Shown one piece after another: positions 27,731 to 37,549 of a DNA stretch of 62,240 nt. The DNA lies in the IMG/VR virus record IMGVR_UViG_3300025120_000045, positions 1 through 62,240 of that record; one strand, written 5' to 3'. The DNA is from a virus. Its lineage: Duplodnaviria; Caudoviricetes. The notes under the pieces are model-generated. The model ran no database searches and was not told the DNA's origin. It was given only the letters and a program-made list of their open reading frames with translations. The translations under genes were made by a program, and so were the position numbers. Each line of letters starts with the position of its first letter. The stretch's first letter is position 1.

Positions 27731-29281
27731 ATGGCATTAAAGAATTTAGCTCAGTCTTTCAGAGTTCAAAACAGACCTGGTGGTGTATTTGTAACAAAAG
27801 TAGATTTGTACTTTTCAAAAAAAGATGCATTACTTCCAGTAACAGTTTCAATAAGAGAGATGAAATTAGGTGTACCTACAAAAAGAGTAGTACCATTTTC
27901 ATCAATAACAAAGTTTCCATCAGATACTGCAGCATCAAATGATGATTTTGTAAGAGTACAAACAAGTACAGATGGATCCAAAGCATCTACATTTCATTTT
28001 AAATCACCAGTATATTTAAAGAATGATACTGATTATGCACTAGTAGTAACACCAGGTGGTAATTCAAAAAATTATAGTGTATGGACAGCTAAACTTGGTG
28101 ACTTTGATAAAGGTACAACTAATATTATTAGTGAACAACCATTAGTAGGTACATTATTTTTATCTGCAGATGGAACAACATTTACAGAATCACAAGATAT
28201 AGATTTAAGATTTACAATGTATTGTGCTAACTTTGAATCTACAGGAACATTAGTTCAAGAGAATGAAAAGTTTGATGATCTTACTATAGCACCAATATCA
28301 GGGGGAACATTTAAAACTGGTGAGTTAGTTTTTGGTAATACAACCAGTGGTCATGCTTTTGCTAATACAAAAGGTAGTGGTGTTGTAAAATCTTATGTTG
28401 CAAATACTGTTACAAAGTTAGTATTAGGAAATAGATTAAATTCAGCATATACTGTTGGTATGAAAGTTAATGGTCAAGAATCAAATGCAGTAGGTACAAT
28501 CACAGCTATTAATGATTACTTAGTAGATACTGTTCATTATAACTTTGGTGTTATTAATCTTGGAGATACTGATTTGAGTTCTTCATTAAAAGCAACATCT
28601 AATAATAATGTTCAAGATAGTTCGTTTGGAACAAAGATAGAATTAAACAGAGACATTGATATGATTAATGTTAAAAAAGTTATGAGTTATAGTAATGAGA
28701 TTGCAAACCTTTCTGGTAAAAAATCAAGTCTATTACAAACAACTATGACAACAAGAAATGCAAACATATCTCCAGCAATTGATATTGAGAAATCAACTGC
28801 ATATTTAATTAATAACTTGATCAATAATACTTCAACTAATGAAACAAATGCTAGTGGTGGAGATGCGGAAGCAAGATATATTACAAGAAGAGTTACACTT
28901 GCAGATAATCAAAATGCAGAAGATTTATTAGTTTTTTTGACTGCATATAAACCATCAGAAACAACTATTAATGTTTATTACAAAATATTAAATAGTGCTG
29001 ACTCAGAAGACTTTGATGATAAGAGTTATGTTGAAATGACTCAAGTAACTAACACAGGTACAAATTCCGTAACAAACAATTTAAGTGATTTTATTGAATA
29101 TAAGTATCAAATTCCATCAGCCAATATGACTGGAATTAGTAATGCTGTTGCATATACAAGTGGTCTAGGAGCAACATTTTCTGGATTCAATGTGTTTGCA
29201 ATTAAGATAGTTATGCTTAGTACTACTGATGTTGTAGTACCACAGATAAGAGATCTTAGAGCAATTGCATTGCAAGTATAA
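27731..29281 (+). CDS. VrlC/DUF4815 baseplate protein, C-terminal part
   Basis: Starts LAQSFRV....GVFVTKVDLYF..KD; F.SPVYL, SPAID, A.YITR.V.L, F.IKIVM......P.IRDLRAIAL are motifs normally at the C-terminus of the single VrlC-like protein. Confidence 0.85.
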   Translation: MALKNLAQSFRVQNRPGGVFVTKVDLYFSKKDALLPVTVSIREMKLGVPTKRVVPFSSITKFPSDTAASNDDFVRVQTSTDGSKASTFHFKSPVYLKNDTDYALVVTPGGNSKNYSVWTAKLGDFDKGTTNIISEQPLVGTLFLSADGTTFTESQDIDLRFTMYCANFESTGTLVQENEKFDDLTIAPISGGTFKTGELVFGNTTSGHAFANTKGSGVVKSYVANTVTKLVLGNRLNSAYTVGMKVNGQESNAVGTITAINDYLVDTVHYNFGVINLGDTDLSSSLKATSNNNVQDSSFGTKIELNRDIDMINVKKVMSYSNEIANLSGKKSSLLQTTMTTRNANISPAIDIEKSTAYLINNLINNTSTNETNASGGDAEARYITRRVTLADNQNAEDLLVFLTAYKPSETTINVYYKILNSADSEDFDDKSYVEMTQVTNTGTNSVTNNLSDFIEYKYQIPSANMTGISNAVAYTSGLGATFSGFNVFAIKIVMLSTTDVVVPQIRDLRAIALQV

Positions 29282-29499
29282 TGGCTGATAAAGTACAAGT
29301 AAAAGATCATAGAGATTTAGTAAGAGATTCAGGTAGCAAAGCTATTTTGAATACTAATATTGAAGCTCTACAAGCCTACAAAAAAAAGAAAGCAACATTT
29401 AAAAAAATAGAGAAGATTGATACATTGGAAGATAAGATACATTCAATTGAAAAGAAAATTGACTATGTCTTAGAAGCAATGAATAAGTTAGTTAAGTAA
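29281..29499 (+). CDS. Conserved small T4-like protein following VrlC
   Basis: V.DH.DLVRD..S.AILN.N motif and coiled-coil tail. Confidence 0.7.
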   Translation: MADKVQVKDHRDLVRDSGSKAILNTNIEALQAYKKKKATFKKIEKIDTLEDKIHSIEKKIDYVLEAMNKLVK

Positions 29500-29502
29500 A
29501 TT

Positions 29503-30111
29503 ATGTCGTTTAAAAATTTGTTTAGTGTTCCCATCTTTCATGGGAAAGTTGATAATTATAAAAAATATAATAGGGATCTTCTTCCCGCTTGTCAAGAAAT
29601 TCGAAAAGAAACAGAAGATATGACTGACCTGCCATGGAATTGTAATGTGTGGTCAACATATGCTTATGATGCTCAAGTATTTAAAAGACCTCAATTCCAT
29701 GAGATAGCAAAAGTTATTGGAATGTATGTTAGAGAGTATATTGATAAAAGAAAATGGAAACATGAGTCAAAAATATTAATGACAGAGATGTGGGTCAATT
29801 ATCAAGACAAGTATCAGTATCAAGAGTATCACGATCATAGGGAGAGAATAGTGTCAGGAATCTATTATATCGACGTACCTGAGGGTACCCCAGGAATAAT
29901 GATGCAGACTCCCCTAAAAGCTAATTTTGATGATTTAATGTTTGATGAAGAGTCTTGTCAAGAAGTTAATCATCTTGATATACAGACAGGAGATATTTTA
30001 TTATTTCCAAGTTGGTTAAATCATGGAGTAAAAGCTAACTTAACAGATAAACCAAGAATCAATGTAGCGTTTAATTTTGGATCACCGGAGTGGGTAAATG
30101 TCTTTGGTTGA
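29503..30111 (+). CDS. 2OG-Fe(II) oxygenase (TIGR02466-like)
   Basis: LFSVPI, MWVN, QEYHDH, SGIYY, LLFPSWL.HGV, RINVAFN. Confidence 0.88.
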   Translation: MSFKNLFSVPIFHGKVDNYKKYNRDLLPACQEIRKETEDMTDLPWNCNVWSTYAYDAQVFKRPQFHEIAKVIGMYVREYIDKRKWKHESKILMTEMWVNYQDKYQYQEYHDHRERIVSGIYYIDVPEGTPGIMMQTPLKANFDDLMFDEESCQEVNHLDIQTGDILLFPSWLNHGVKANLTDKPRINVAFNFGSPEWVNVFG

Positions 30112-30616
30112 TGTTTATGATGACTTAATCACAAAAGATTTATTATTAGAATTAGAACAATATGTGTCAGGTTTTACTTATTCAAGATTTGAAACAGATA
30201 ATGAAGAATATGACTTTAAAACTAACACACATGACTTTGATCATAAAGACCCATTATTAATAAAATGTCAACAATTATTTTGGAATAAACTTAAAAATAA
30301 TGTTGACATTATCTTAACAAGGTTGTATTGTAATAAAATATTAGCTGGAGATAGTCCCACATCTCATTATGATGGAAAATATGATGTTGACACAACTGTT
30401 CTTGTATATGTCAATAGTGAATGGGATCATAATGAAGGTGGTGAAACTTTATTCTATAATAAGGATAAAGAAGTTGTGCAAGCGGTAGTTCCAAAACCAG
30501 GAAGAGTTGCAATATTTCCAGCTAATATACTACATAGTGCAAGACCACCATTGCCATATGTTACTAAACCAAGATATACGGTGGCTTATAAGTATGAATA
30601 TGGACTTCTTGTATAA
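30098..30616 (+). CDS. 2OG-Fe(II) oxygenase (prolyl-hydroxylase-like)
   Basis: HYD, T.LVYVN.EW...GGET.F, PKPGR..IF...ILH.A, RYT.AYK. Confidence 0.88.
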   Translation: MSLVDVYDDLITKDLLLELEQYVSGFTYSRFETDNEEYDFKTNTHDFDHKDPLLIKCQQLFWNKLKNNVDIILTRLYCNKILAGDSPTSHYDGKYDVDTTVLVYVNSEWDHNEGGETLFYNKDKEVVQAVVPKPGRVAIFPANILHSARPPLPYVTKPRYTVAYKYEYGLLV

Positions 30617-30619
30617 ATA
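30612..30619 (+). promoter_or_regulatory. T4-type late promoter
   Basis: TATAAATA upstream of 30650. Confidence 0.7.
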
Positions 30620-30649
30620 TAAGATAAATAATAATAAAGAAGGACTAAT

Positions 30650-31126
30650 ATGACAGCAATAGCAAATGTAGCTCTAAGTGATACATTCAATACTCAAAGA
30701 GTAAAATTGAATAGAGCAGTAGTTAGATTAAACAACTTCGCTCAAAACGAAAGTCAGATAGCTGCAAATACTTTATTTGCAAATGTTGCATTTACTGGTC
30801 CTAGTATTTCAAGCACAGTTAACCTAAATACTATCAGTGGAAGAACTTCAACAGTAAGTGCAAATCTTAATGTTGGTGGTTCGTTCAGTAATATAACTTG
30901 TGCTAATACAAACATTAAGGGTAAAATACTTTTAGTAACTAGCAATAGTAATATAACTTGTGCTAATACAAACATTAAGGGTAAATCACTTTTAGTAACT
31001 AGCAATAGTTATTTTACTGGAACATTAGAAATAAATGGTTTAACAGCTACTACATCAAATACTGTAGCAGGTGCAATAACTGAAGTAAGCGATAACACAA
31101 TAGCATTTTCAATAGCATTAGGATAG
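30650..31126 (+). CDS. Fibre-associated structural protein
   Basis: N-terminal V..SDTF...R.K.N; C-terminal AFSIALG, shared with the 47037 protein. Confidence 0.65.
   Translation: MTAIANVALSDTFNTQRVKLNRAVVRLNNFAQNESQIAANTLFANVAFTGPSISSTVNLNTISGRTSTVSANLNVGGSFSNITCANTNIKGKILLVTSNSNITCANTNIKGKSLLVTSNSYFTGTLEINGLTATTSNTVAGAITEVSDNTIAFSIALG
30887..31009 (+). repeat. 60-bp in-frame tandem duplication
   Basis: Two copies encoding SNITCANTNIKGK(I/S)LLVTSN that differ at 2 nt. Confidence 0.9.
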
Positions 31127-31130
31127 GAGC

Positions 31131-31472
31131 ATGGCAAGTAATTTCGACGTAAAAACATCAAGAGCTGTAGGTACAACAGCTGCCAGAATTGGTAGTTATA
31201 CAGTAGCCTCAGGAACAAAAACAACAGTGATAGGATTAACATTAGCTAATGTAACTAATACTGCAATCACAGCAACCGCTTTCCATAGTAGTCATACGAA
31301 TAATGGATCGAACACACATTTAATTAAAGCCGCACCAATTCCAGCTGGCTCATCATTAGTTGTAGTTGGTGGTGATCAGAAAGTAGTTTTGGCAAATGTA
31401 CATGGTATCTTTGTTCAAGCTAATACAGCAAGTTCACTTGATGCGGTTATGTCAATTCTCGAGGTAACGTAG
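31131..31472 (+). CDS. Small beta-rich structural protein
   Basis: YTV.SG..T.VIGL.LAN, IP.GSSL.V.GG..KVVL, D...SILE.T; typical partner of AFxIALG proteins. Confidence 0.65.
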   Translation: MASNFDVKTSRAVGTTAARIGSYTVASGTKTTVIGLTLANVTNTAITATAFHSSHTNNGSNTHLIKAAPIPAGSSLVVVGGDQKVVLANVHGIFVQANTASSLDAVMSILEVT

Positions 31473-31473
31473 A

Positions 31474-32304
31474 ATGACATATATCGGTAGTCCCCAAGGT
31501 ACTGGTTTTAGTACCATACGTTCTCAACAATTTACTGGTAATGGTAGTTTGACTGCCTTTACTATGAGGAACAGTGTGAGTAGACCAGAACATATAGAAG
31601 TCTTTGTAAACAATGTAAGGCAGGATCCACATTCTGCTTATACTGTATCTGGAACAACTTTAACATTTACAGAAGCACCAGGTAATGCAACAAATAACAT
31701 TTATGTTGTATATCTTGGAGGCAATGTCAATACAACAGAGATTCCACCAGATGCAACAATAGCTTTGAGAGATGGTTTAAAAACAGCTCCATCATTGTTT
31801 AGAAATCTTGAAATCGCAACAGGTATGTATTTTCCAAAAGCAAATACAGTTGCTTTTGCTCAAGGTGGTAAAGATATACTCACAGGAAACAATTCAATAG
31901 TAACTATAGGTATTAATGGTACTACTGTAGCAACTTTTAATAGTACTGGGATAGATATAACTGGATCCGTTTCTGCTGACAATTACTTAACTACTGTTAA
32001 CTCAGTCACTGTTGGTGCTGCAAACGTAACATTAAATTTTAGCAATACAAATGTATTTGATTTATCATTGACCACTTCAACGCATCTAAACAGACCTAGC
32101 AATATTGTAGCTGGTCAAAAAGGAACAATATTTGTGACACAAGACGGAACTGGATCTAGAACATTAAGTTATTCAAGTGTATTTGACTTTGCTGGAGGTT
32201 CAGCTCCAACATTGACAACTGCTGGGTCTGCTGTTGATAGAATTGATTATGTGGTCAAATCAACATCTAGCATACATGCGGTAGCGACTCTAGCATTAGC
32301 ATAA
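31474..32304 (+). CDS. Tail fibre protein with C-terminal adaptor domain
   Basis: M.YIG..P, F.G.GS..FT, V.VNNVRQ.P..AY; C-terminal GQ.G.IFV.QDGTGSRTL...FAGG.APTLTT...VDRIDY. Confidence 0.75.
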   Translation: MTYIGSPQGTGFSTIRSQQFTGNGSLTAFTMRNSVSRPEHIEVFVNNVRQDPHSAYTVSGTTLTFTEAPGNATNNIYVVYLGGNVNTTEIPPDATIALRDGLKTAPSLFRNLEIATGMYFPKANTVAFAQGGKDILTGNNSIVTIGINGTTVATFNSTGIDITGSVSADNYLTTVNSVTVGAANVTLNFSNTNVFDLSLTTSTHLNRPSNIVAGQKGTIFVTQDGTGSRTLSYSSVFDFAGGSAPTLTTAGSAVDRIDYVVKSTSSIHAVATLALA

Positions 32305-32332
32305 AGGGCATAAATAAAGGTAAGGAAAAAAT

Positions 32333-33535
32333 ATGGCTTATATAGGAAGAGAACCTAAGGCAGGTAGATTTGCTAAATTAGATGACATCAAAGCAGGTTT
32401 TAATGGAAGTCTCAAGACTTTCAATTTAACTGTTGGTGGAGATGCACCTGATATTATTACATCAACACAAGTAATTATAAGTGTCAACAATGTTGTGTTA
32501 GAACCTGAAAAAGGTTATGCCATTAGAAACAATCAAATAATTTTTAACACAGCTCCAACAGGAGGCCATGCGTTTTTTGGTGTCTTGCTTGGAGAAACCT
32601 TCAATGCAATACGAACAACCTCAACAAATAGTATTGGTAGTACTGAATTAAAAGCTGGTGCTATTAATGCTAATACATTCTTTGCCAATGGAGTAATCAC
32701 AAGACATGCTTTAGCAAATGGAGCAATAAGTGCTAATACATTAATCTCAACTGGATCCATTACAGCAGATCTAATTGCAACAGGTGCAGTGGGACCAACT
32801 GAGTTAGCTACAGGAGCTGTTTCTGCTAATACAAAAATGGGCACAGGAGTTATAACTGCTATAAACTTGGCTAATGATTCAGTTGGTCCACAACATTTAC
32901 AAGCAGGTGCTGTAAATGCAAATACAGTTTTAGCAACTGGTGCTATAACGGCTGACTTGATTGCAACAGGTGCAGTAGGTCCAACCGAGTTAGCTGCAGG
33001 TGCAGTAAGTGCGAATACTAAAATTGGTGCAAACATAATTACAGCTAGTAATATAAAAGCTGGTGCTGTTGGAGCATCTGAATTAGCTACAGGAGCTGTA
33101 TCAGCAAATACAAAAATGGCAGCTGATGTAGTAGGAGCAAGAGAATTAAGGATAGGTAATGTAGCTGCAGCAAATGGTGTGTTTACACATAATGCTCATA
33201 CATTTGTTAAGGCACAAAGAGGAACAATACATGCTGTAGCAGTTGGTGCTGCAAACGTAACAATAGATTTAGGAAATACAAATCACTTTGCATTAACATT
33301 GGGTGCTACAACACACTTAAATAGACCAGGTAATATTACAGCTGGTCAATCAGGATCCATCTTTGTAATTCAAGATGGTACCGGATCCAGAACATTGAGT
33401 TATTCTTCTGTATGGGATTTTGCTGGAGGAACAGCTCCAACATTAACAACAACAGCTTCTGCAGTAGATAGAATTGATTATGTCGTAAGGTCATCTTCAA
33501 GTATTCATGCAGTCGCTACACTAGCATTAAGTTAG
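32333..33535 (+). CDS. Tail fibre protein with GAV/ANT repeats and C-terminal adaptor domain
   Basis: Repeated (A/T)GAV..(T/S)ELA.GAVSANTK units; same C-terminal domain as 31474 and 49311. Confidence 0.75.
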   Translation: MAYIGREPKAGRFAKLDDIKAGFNGSLKTFNLTVGGDAPDIITSTQVIISVNNVVLEPEKGYAIRNNQIIFNTAPTGGHAFFGVLLGETFNAIRTTSTNSIGSTELKAGAINANTFFANGVITRHALANGAISANTLISTGSITADLIATGAVGPTELATGAVSANTKMGTGVITAINLANDSVGPQHLQAGAVNANTVLATGAITADLIATGAVGPTELAAGAVSANTKIGANIITASNIKAGAVGASELATGAVSANTKMAADVVGARELRIGNVAAANGVFTHNAHTFVKAQRGTIHAVAVGAANVTIDLGNTNHFALTLGATTHLNRPGNITAGQSGSIFVIQDGTGSRTLSYSSVWDFAGGTAPTLTTTASAVDRIDYVVRSSSSIHAVATLALS

Positions 33536-33542
33536 AGGTAAT

Positions 33543-35000
33543 ATGACAAGTCTGTCAGAAACAAGTATGTTAGCAGGTGCTGCTGGTCAAAGCACTGGAT
33601 TCACAATAGGTCAATCAATTCGATTCAATAAAGCTGATAGTGCTTATATAAGCAGAACAGTATCAAGTGCTGGCAATCAAAGAACATTTACTATAAGTTG
33701 GTGGTGGAAATTTGGATTACTTGGAAGTCTAAGTGGTGCTGCACATCAACTTTGGAACAGTTATGCAGACAACAATAATCGTTTTTCTATAATGATTGAT
33801 AATGATGTAGGAAGTGGTGCTGCTGGAGATAAGTTATGTATTTTTAATAATGCTAGTGGTACAACACAAGAGATATTAGAAACAAATAGATTATTCAGAG
33901 ATCCTAGCGCATGGTATCATTTTGTTGTTACAGTTGATACGACTCAAGCAACTAAATTTGAACGAGTTAGATTATATGTCAACGGAGAAAGAGAATCAAA
34001 TTATGCTGAAAGTTCAATGCCTGCACAAAACTATCAAATGAATTGGAATGCAGCAAATCTTCATTTATTTGGTAAGTATGGAGGTGGTACAAGTAATAAT
34101 GCTGATGGTTATATGGCAGAGTGTAATCATATTGATGGAACAGCTTTAGGTCCAGAAAATTTTGGAGAGTTTAAAGAAGATACCAATATTTGGATCCCTA
34201 AAAAATATACTGGATCATATGGAACAAATGGATTTAGAATAACAGGAGAAACAAACAACGATTTAGGTAAAAATGTAGCATCAGGAAATACGTTTGCTAC
34301 TTATGCTTCTACTAATCTTGCAACTAATGACCAAAGAGCAGATACTCCTACAAATAATCAAATAACATTTAATCCATTAAACAATCAACAAAGTGGTGGT
34401 ACACTAACTAATGGTAATTTAGAGTATACAGGACCTAGTACAAGAACAAATATTAGTTTAACAGCTAATATACCTGCAACAGGTAAATGGGCTGTTGCAT
34501 TTAAGGCAACTGATAATAGTAATGATGAGTGGAATATGGGAATAACAAAAGCTACAAATACTAACTTTGGAGATGCAGCTGGATCCAATGAAGCAATTGG
34601 TGGCCAAGATAATGATGGTATACAATTTTTACCTAGTAGTAATGATGCATCACTTTATAATTACATAGGCAGTGCTGCTATAGATCCAAGTTTACCTATT
34701 ACCACTAGTGATGAATTTTGGATGGCGGTTGATATGGGTACAGGAAAATGTTTTTTAGGAATTTATGATGCAAGTGCAACAGCAATGAAATTTGTTGCAG
34801 CTGATGCTGGTATTGATGGTAACCCAGCAACAGGTGACAACCCTACTATTACTATCTCAGATATGATTGGATCACTTGATTATGCATTTGCTGTAAATAG
34901 TAAAAGTACTAATGTTTGGACTTTATTAAGATCAACAGAAGTTAGTGGTACTACACCAACAGGATATACATACTTTGAAAACGTAAAGGATTTACTATAA
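33543..35000 (+). CDS. LamG/ConA-like plus SPRY putative receptor-binding protein
   Basis: SIRFN..DS.Y..RT, FRDPSAWYH.V..VDTT, YMAE..HIDG.AL, YGTNGF, DTPTNN, TGKW. Confidence 0.75.
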   Translation: MTSLSETSMLAGAAGQSTGFTIGQSIRFNKADSAYISRTVSSAGNQRTFTISWWWKFGLLGSLSGAAHQLWNSYADNNNRFSIMIDNDVGSGAAGDKLCIFNNASGTTQEILETNRLFRDPSAWYHFVVTVDTTQATKFERVRLYVNGERESNYAESSMPAQNYQMNWNAANLHLFGKYGGGTSNNADGYMAECNHIDGTALGPENFGEFKEDTNIWIPKKYTGSYGTNGFRITGETNNDLGKNVASGNTFATYASTNLATNDQRADTPTNNQITFNPLNNQQSGGTLTNGNLEYTGPSTRTNISLTANIPATGKWAVAFKATDNSNDEWNMGITKATNTNFGDAAGSNEAIGGQDNDGIQFLPSSNDASLYNYIGSAAIDPSLPITTSDEFWMAVDMGTGKCFLGIYDASATAMKFVAADAGIDGNPATGDNPTITISDMIGSLDYAFAVNSKSTNVWTLLRSTEVSGTTPTGYTYFENVKDLL

Positions 35001-37480
35001 TGGCTGGAACAATAATAATTGGCAAACAACATATGAGCTCGTTCACATACGAGGGTAACGGTGGTGGTCAACGTGTAGGTAACTTTGTTCCATTCACCAA
35101 TGATGGTACTATAGCAAAAAGTGTTATGGTAGATTATAGCAGTAGTAGTTATTTACAAAGAACTCAAGATACAGTTGCTGGTGATGATAATAAAAGAAAA
35201 GCTACTTTTTCGTTTTGGTTTAAACCATCAGGAGCAAGGCTTGGTAATGAAACATGTTTATTTGGTGCAGCTCCTAGTGGAAGATTGTTTGCTAGATTTG
35301 ATACTTCAGATAGACTTATGCTTCGTTTAACAAACGGTACAACAGAATATCAAAAAGTTACAAACAGAACTTTTCAAACTACAGATAAGTTTTATCATTT
35401 TCTTTGGCAAGTAGATGCAAGTCAAAGTACTGCTACAGATAGATCACAACTTTATATAGATGGAGATAGAATAACAAGTTGGAATTCAGATAATAACCCA
35501 GCTCAAAATACAGATATTGTTGGATTAGCTGACGGTACAGTTATGAGAATATCATCTCTTTCACATTCTGCAGCTCAATTCTTTGATGGCTATATAGCTG
35601 AATTTAATTGTGTTTCTGGTTCTGTAGTTGCTCCTTCTGTATTTGGAGTAACTGATACTTCAACAGGTAGATGGGTCCCAAAAGCATTAACAGGTATAAC
35701 ATATGGTACCAATGGTTTCAGATGTACGTTTGCTAATACAGCTGGTCTTACTATAGGAGATGATACAAGTGGTAATGGAAATGATTTTGACACACTTAAT
35801 GGTATAGGAACCGATCATATAAGAACAGATAGCCCTACACAAAATTTTATAACTGCTGATCCTTTTACAGCTATTGGTACTGCTCCAACTCTTAAAGAAG
35901 GAGGTTTGCAATTAGTTTATGCTTCTGGATCAGGATATCCTAAAATTGGTTTTAATAAAACAATTCCTCAATCAGGTAAATGGTATTGGGAAGTCAAAGC
36001 AACAGCTGTAGGTGGATATCAAGGTATAGCTAATCCAGATTGTGGTTTAGCAGATCTTAATTTAATTCAAGTTCAAGCAATACCTACAAATGCTAATATG
36101 GCAGGATCTGCTGGTGTCTTGGCATGTAGAATGGAAAGTGGTTTTAAATTTACTGATGTAAGATCAACTTCACAATCTTTGTCTACTATTGGATCTACTA
36201 ACATGGCTGACGGAGATTATTGGTTATGGGCCCTTGATATGGATAATGGTAAATTATTTATAGGTCACTATGATGCATCAGGAACATCTACAACATATTT
36301 TGCTGCTGATGGTGGAACAGATGGTAACCCTGCTAATGGAACTAATCCAACATTTGAATTTGATCCAAAAGATCATAGATTTGTTCCTGTTCAAGAGGTT
36401 TTTGCACCAGGCAGTTATGCTTCTACTTGGGATTATAATTTTGGATCTAAAGCATATGATTTTACAGCACCATCAGGATATGGTAAATTAAGTCAAGAAA
36501 ACTTTCCTGAATCTGATGAAGGTATAGGTGGAATGGTTTGGGTTAAAAATAGAGATACAACTGATTACCATACAATTTATGATAGTAGCAGAGGAATTAG
36601 TAAAGAAATTTATCCTAACGATACATCTGCTGAAGCAAGTGCAGTTGCAGATGGATTAAAGAAATTTCTTAAAGGTGGATTTGCAACAGAGGATGCTGTC
36701 AACTTAAATGAAGCAGGTGAAAGTTTTGTTGCATGGAACTGGGTTGCTAATGGTGGAACTACTGCTGCTAATACAGATGGTTCAGGAGCTAGTATAGCAT
36801 CAACTACTCAAGCAAATCAAACTGCTGGGTTTAGTATTGTTCAATATACAGGAACAGGTAGTGCAGGAACTGTAGCACATGGATTAAGTGCTGCACCAAC
36901 TATGATTGCAGTAAAAAATTTAGGTGACTCGGCATCATGGTATGTTTATATGAATGTGACACGAGCTGCTAGTCCCAATACTTATTATATGAGATTTGAT
37001 AGTGATGATTCACAATCTCAAACAGGTGCAGTATGGAATGATACCACTCCTACTTCAAGTGTGTTCACGGTAGGTGGGGAAGATACGTCTAATAAAAATA
37101 CTAAAAATTATGTAGCATATTGTTGGACAGATATACCAGGATATTCAAGAGTTGGAACCTTCAACGGAAATGCAAATGCGGATGGTTCATTTGTTTATAC
37201 CGGGTTCAGACCTCAATGGTTGATGATTAAAGGATTAGATGTTGGTAATGGGTGGACAGTTTGGGATTCTGCACGAAGTGTTAGAAATCCATTAGATACA
37301 GCATTATTTTGGAATACAACTGGTGCTGATGATACTGGCAATACTATAGATTTTTTATCTAATGGTTTTAAACCAAGAAGTACTAATGCAGATTTTAATG
37401 GTAGTAACATATATGGATACTTAGCTTTTGCTGAACATCCATTTAATGGTGATGGTACTAACCCATGCACAGCAAGATAG
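35000..37480 (+). CDS. LamG/SPRY multi-domain putative receptor-binding protein
   Basis: LamG (FSFWFK, YIAEFN), SPRY (SGKWYWEV, ALDMDNGK) and C-terminal VWVKNRD / GFSIVQYTG / GFRP / IDFLSNGFK domain. Confidence 0.75.
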   Translation: MAGTIIIGKQHMSSFTYEGNGGGQRVGNFVPFTNDGTIAKSVMVDYSSSSYLQRTQDTVAGDDNKRKATFSFWFKPSGARLGNETCLFGAAPSGRLFARFDTSDRLMLRLTNGTTEYQKVTNRTFQTTDKFYHFLWQVDASQSTATDRSQLYIDGDRITSWNSDNNPAQNTDIVGLADGTVMRISSLSHSAAQFFDGYIAEFNCVSGSVVAPSVFGVTDTSTGRWVPKALTGITYGTNGFRCTFANTAGLTIGDDTSGNGNDFDTLNGIGTDHIRTDSPTQNFITADPFTAIGTAPTLKEGGLQLVYASGSGYPKIGFNKTIPQSGKWYWEVKATAVGGYQGIANPDCGLADLNLIQVQAIPTNANMAGSAGVLACRMESGFKFTDVRSTSQSLSTIGSTNMADGDYWLWALDMDNGKLFIGHYDASGTSTTYFAADGGTDGNPANGTNPTFEFDPKDHRFVPVQEVFAPGSYASTWDYNFGSKAYDFTAPSGYGKLSQENFPESDEGIGGMVWVKNRDTTDYHTIYDSSRGISKEIYPNDTSAEASAVADGLKKFLKGGFATEDAVNLNEAGESFVAWNWVANGGTTAANTDGSGASIASTTQANQTAGFSIVQYTGTGSAGTVAHGLSAAPTMIAVKNLGDSASWYVYMNVTRAASPNTYYMRFDSDDSQSQTGAVWNDTTPTSSVFTVGGEDTSNKNTKNYVAYCWTDIPGYSRVGTFNGNANADGSFVYTGFRPQWLMIKGLDVGNGWTVWDSARSVRNPLDTALFWNTTGADDTGNTIDFLSNGFKPRSTNADFNGSNIYGYLAFAEHPFNGDGTNPCTAR

Positions 37481-37549
37481 TCATAAATAAGAACGAGTAA
37501 CCAAAAATAGTAACATTTTATCATAAATAAAACATAAGGAGATTTTTAA

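Noticed and set aside
25636-27760. Canonical cis or split intein rejoining the VrlC halves
   Set aside because: There is no terminal His-Asn followed by Cys/Ser/Thr, and the 27731 ORF starts directly with extein-like sequence and no C-intein fragment.
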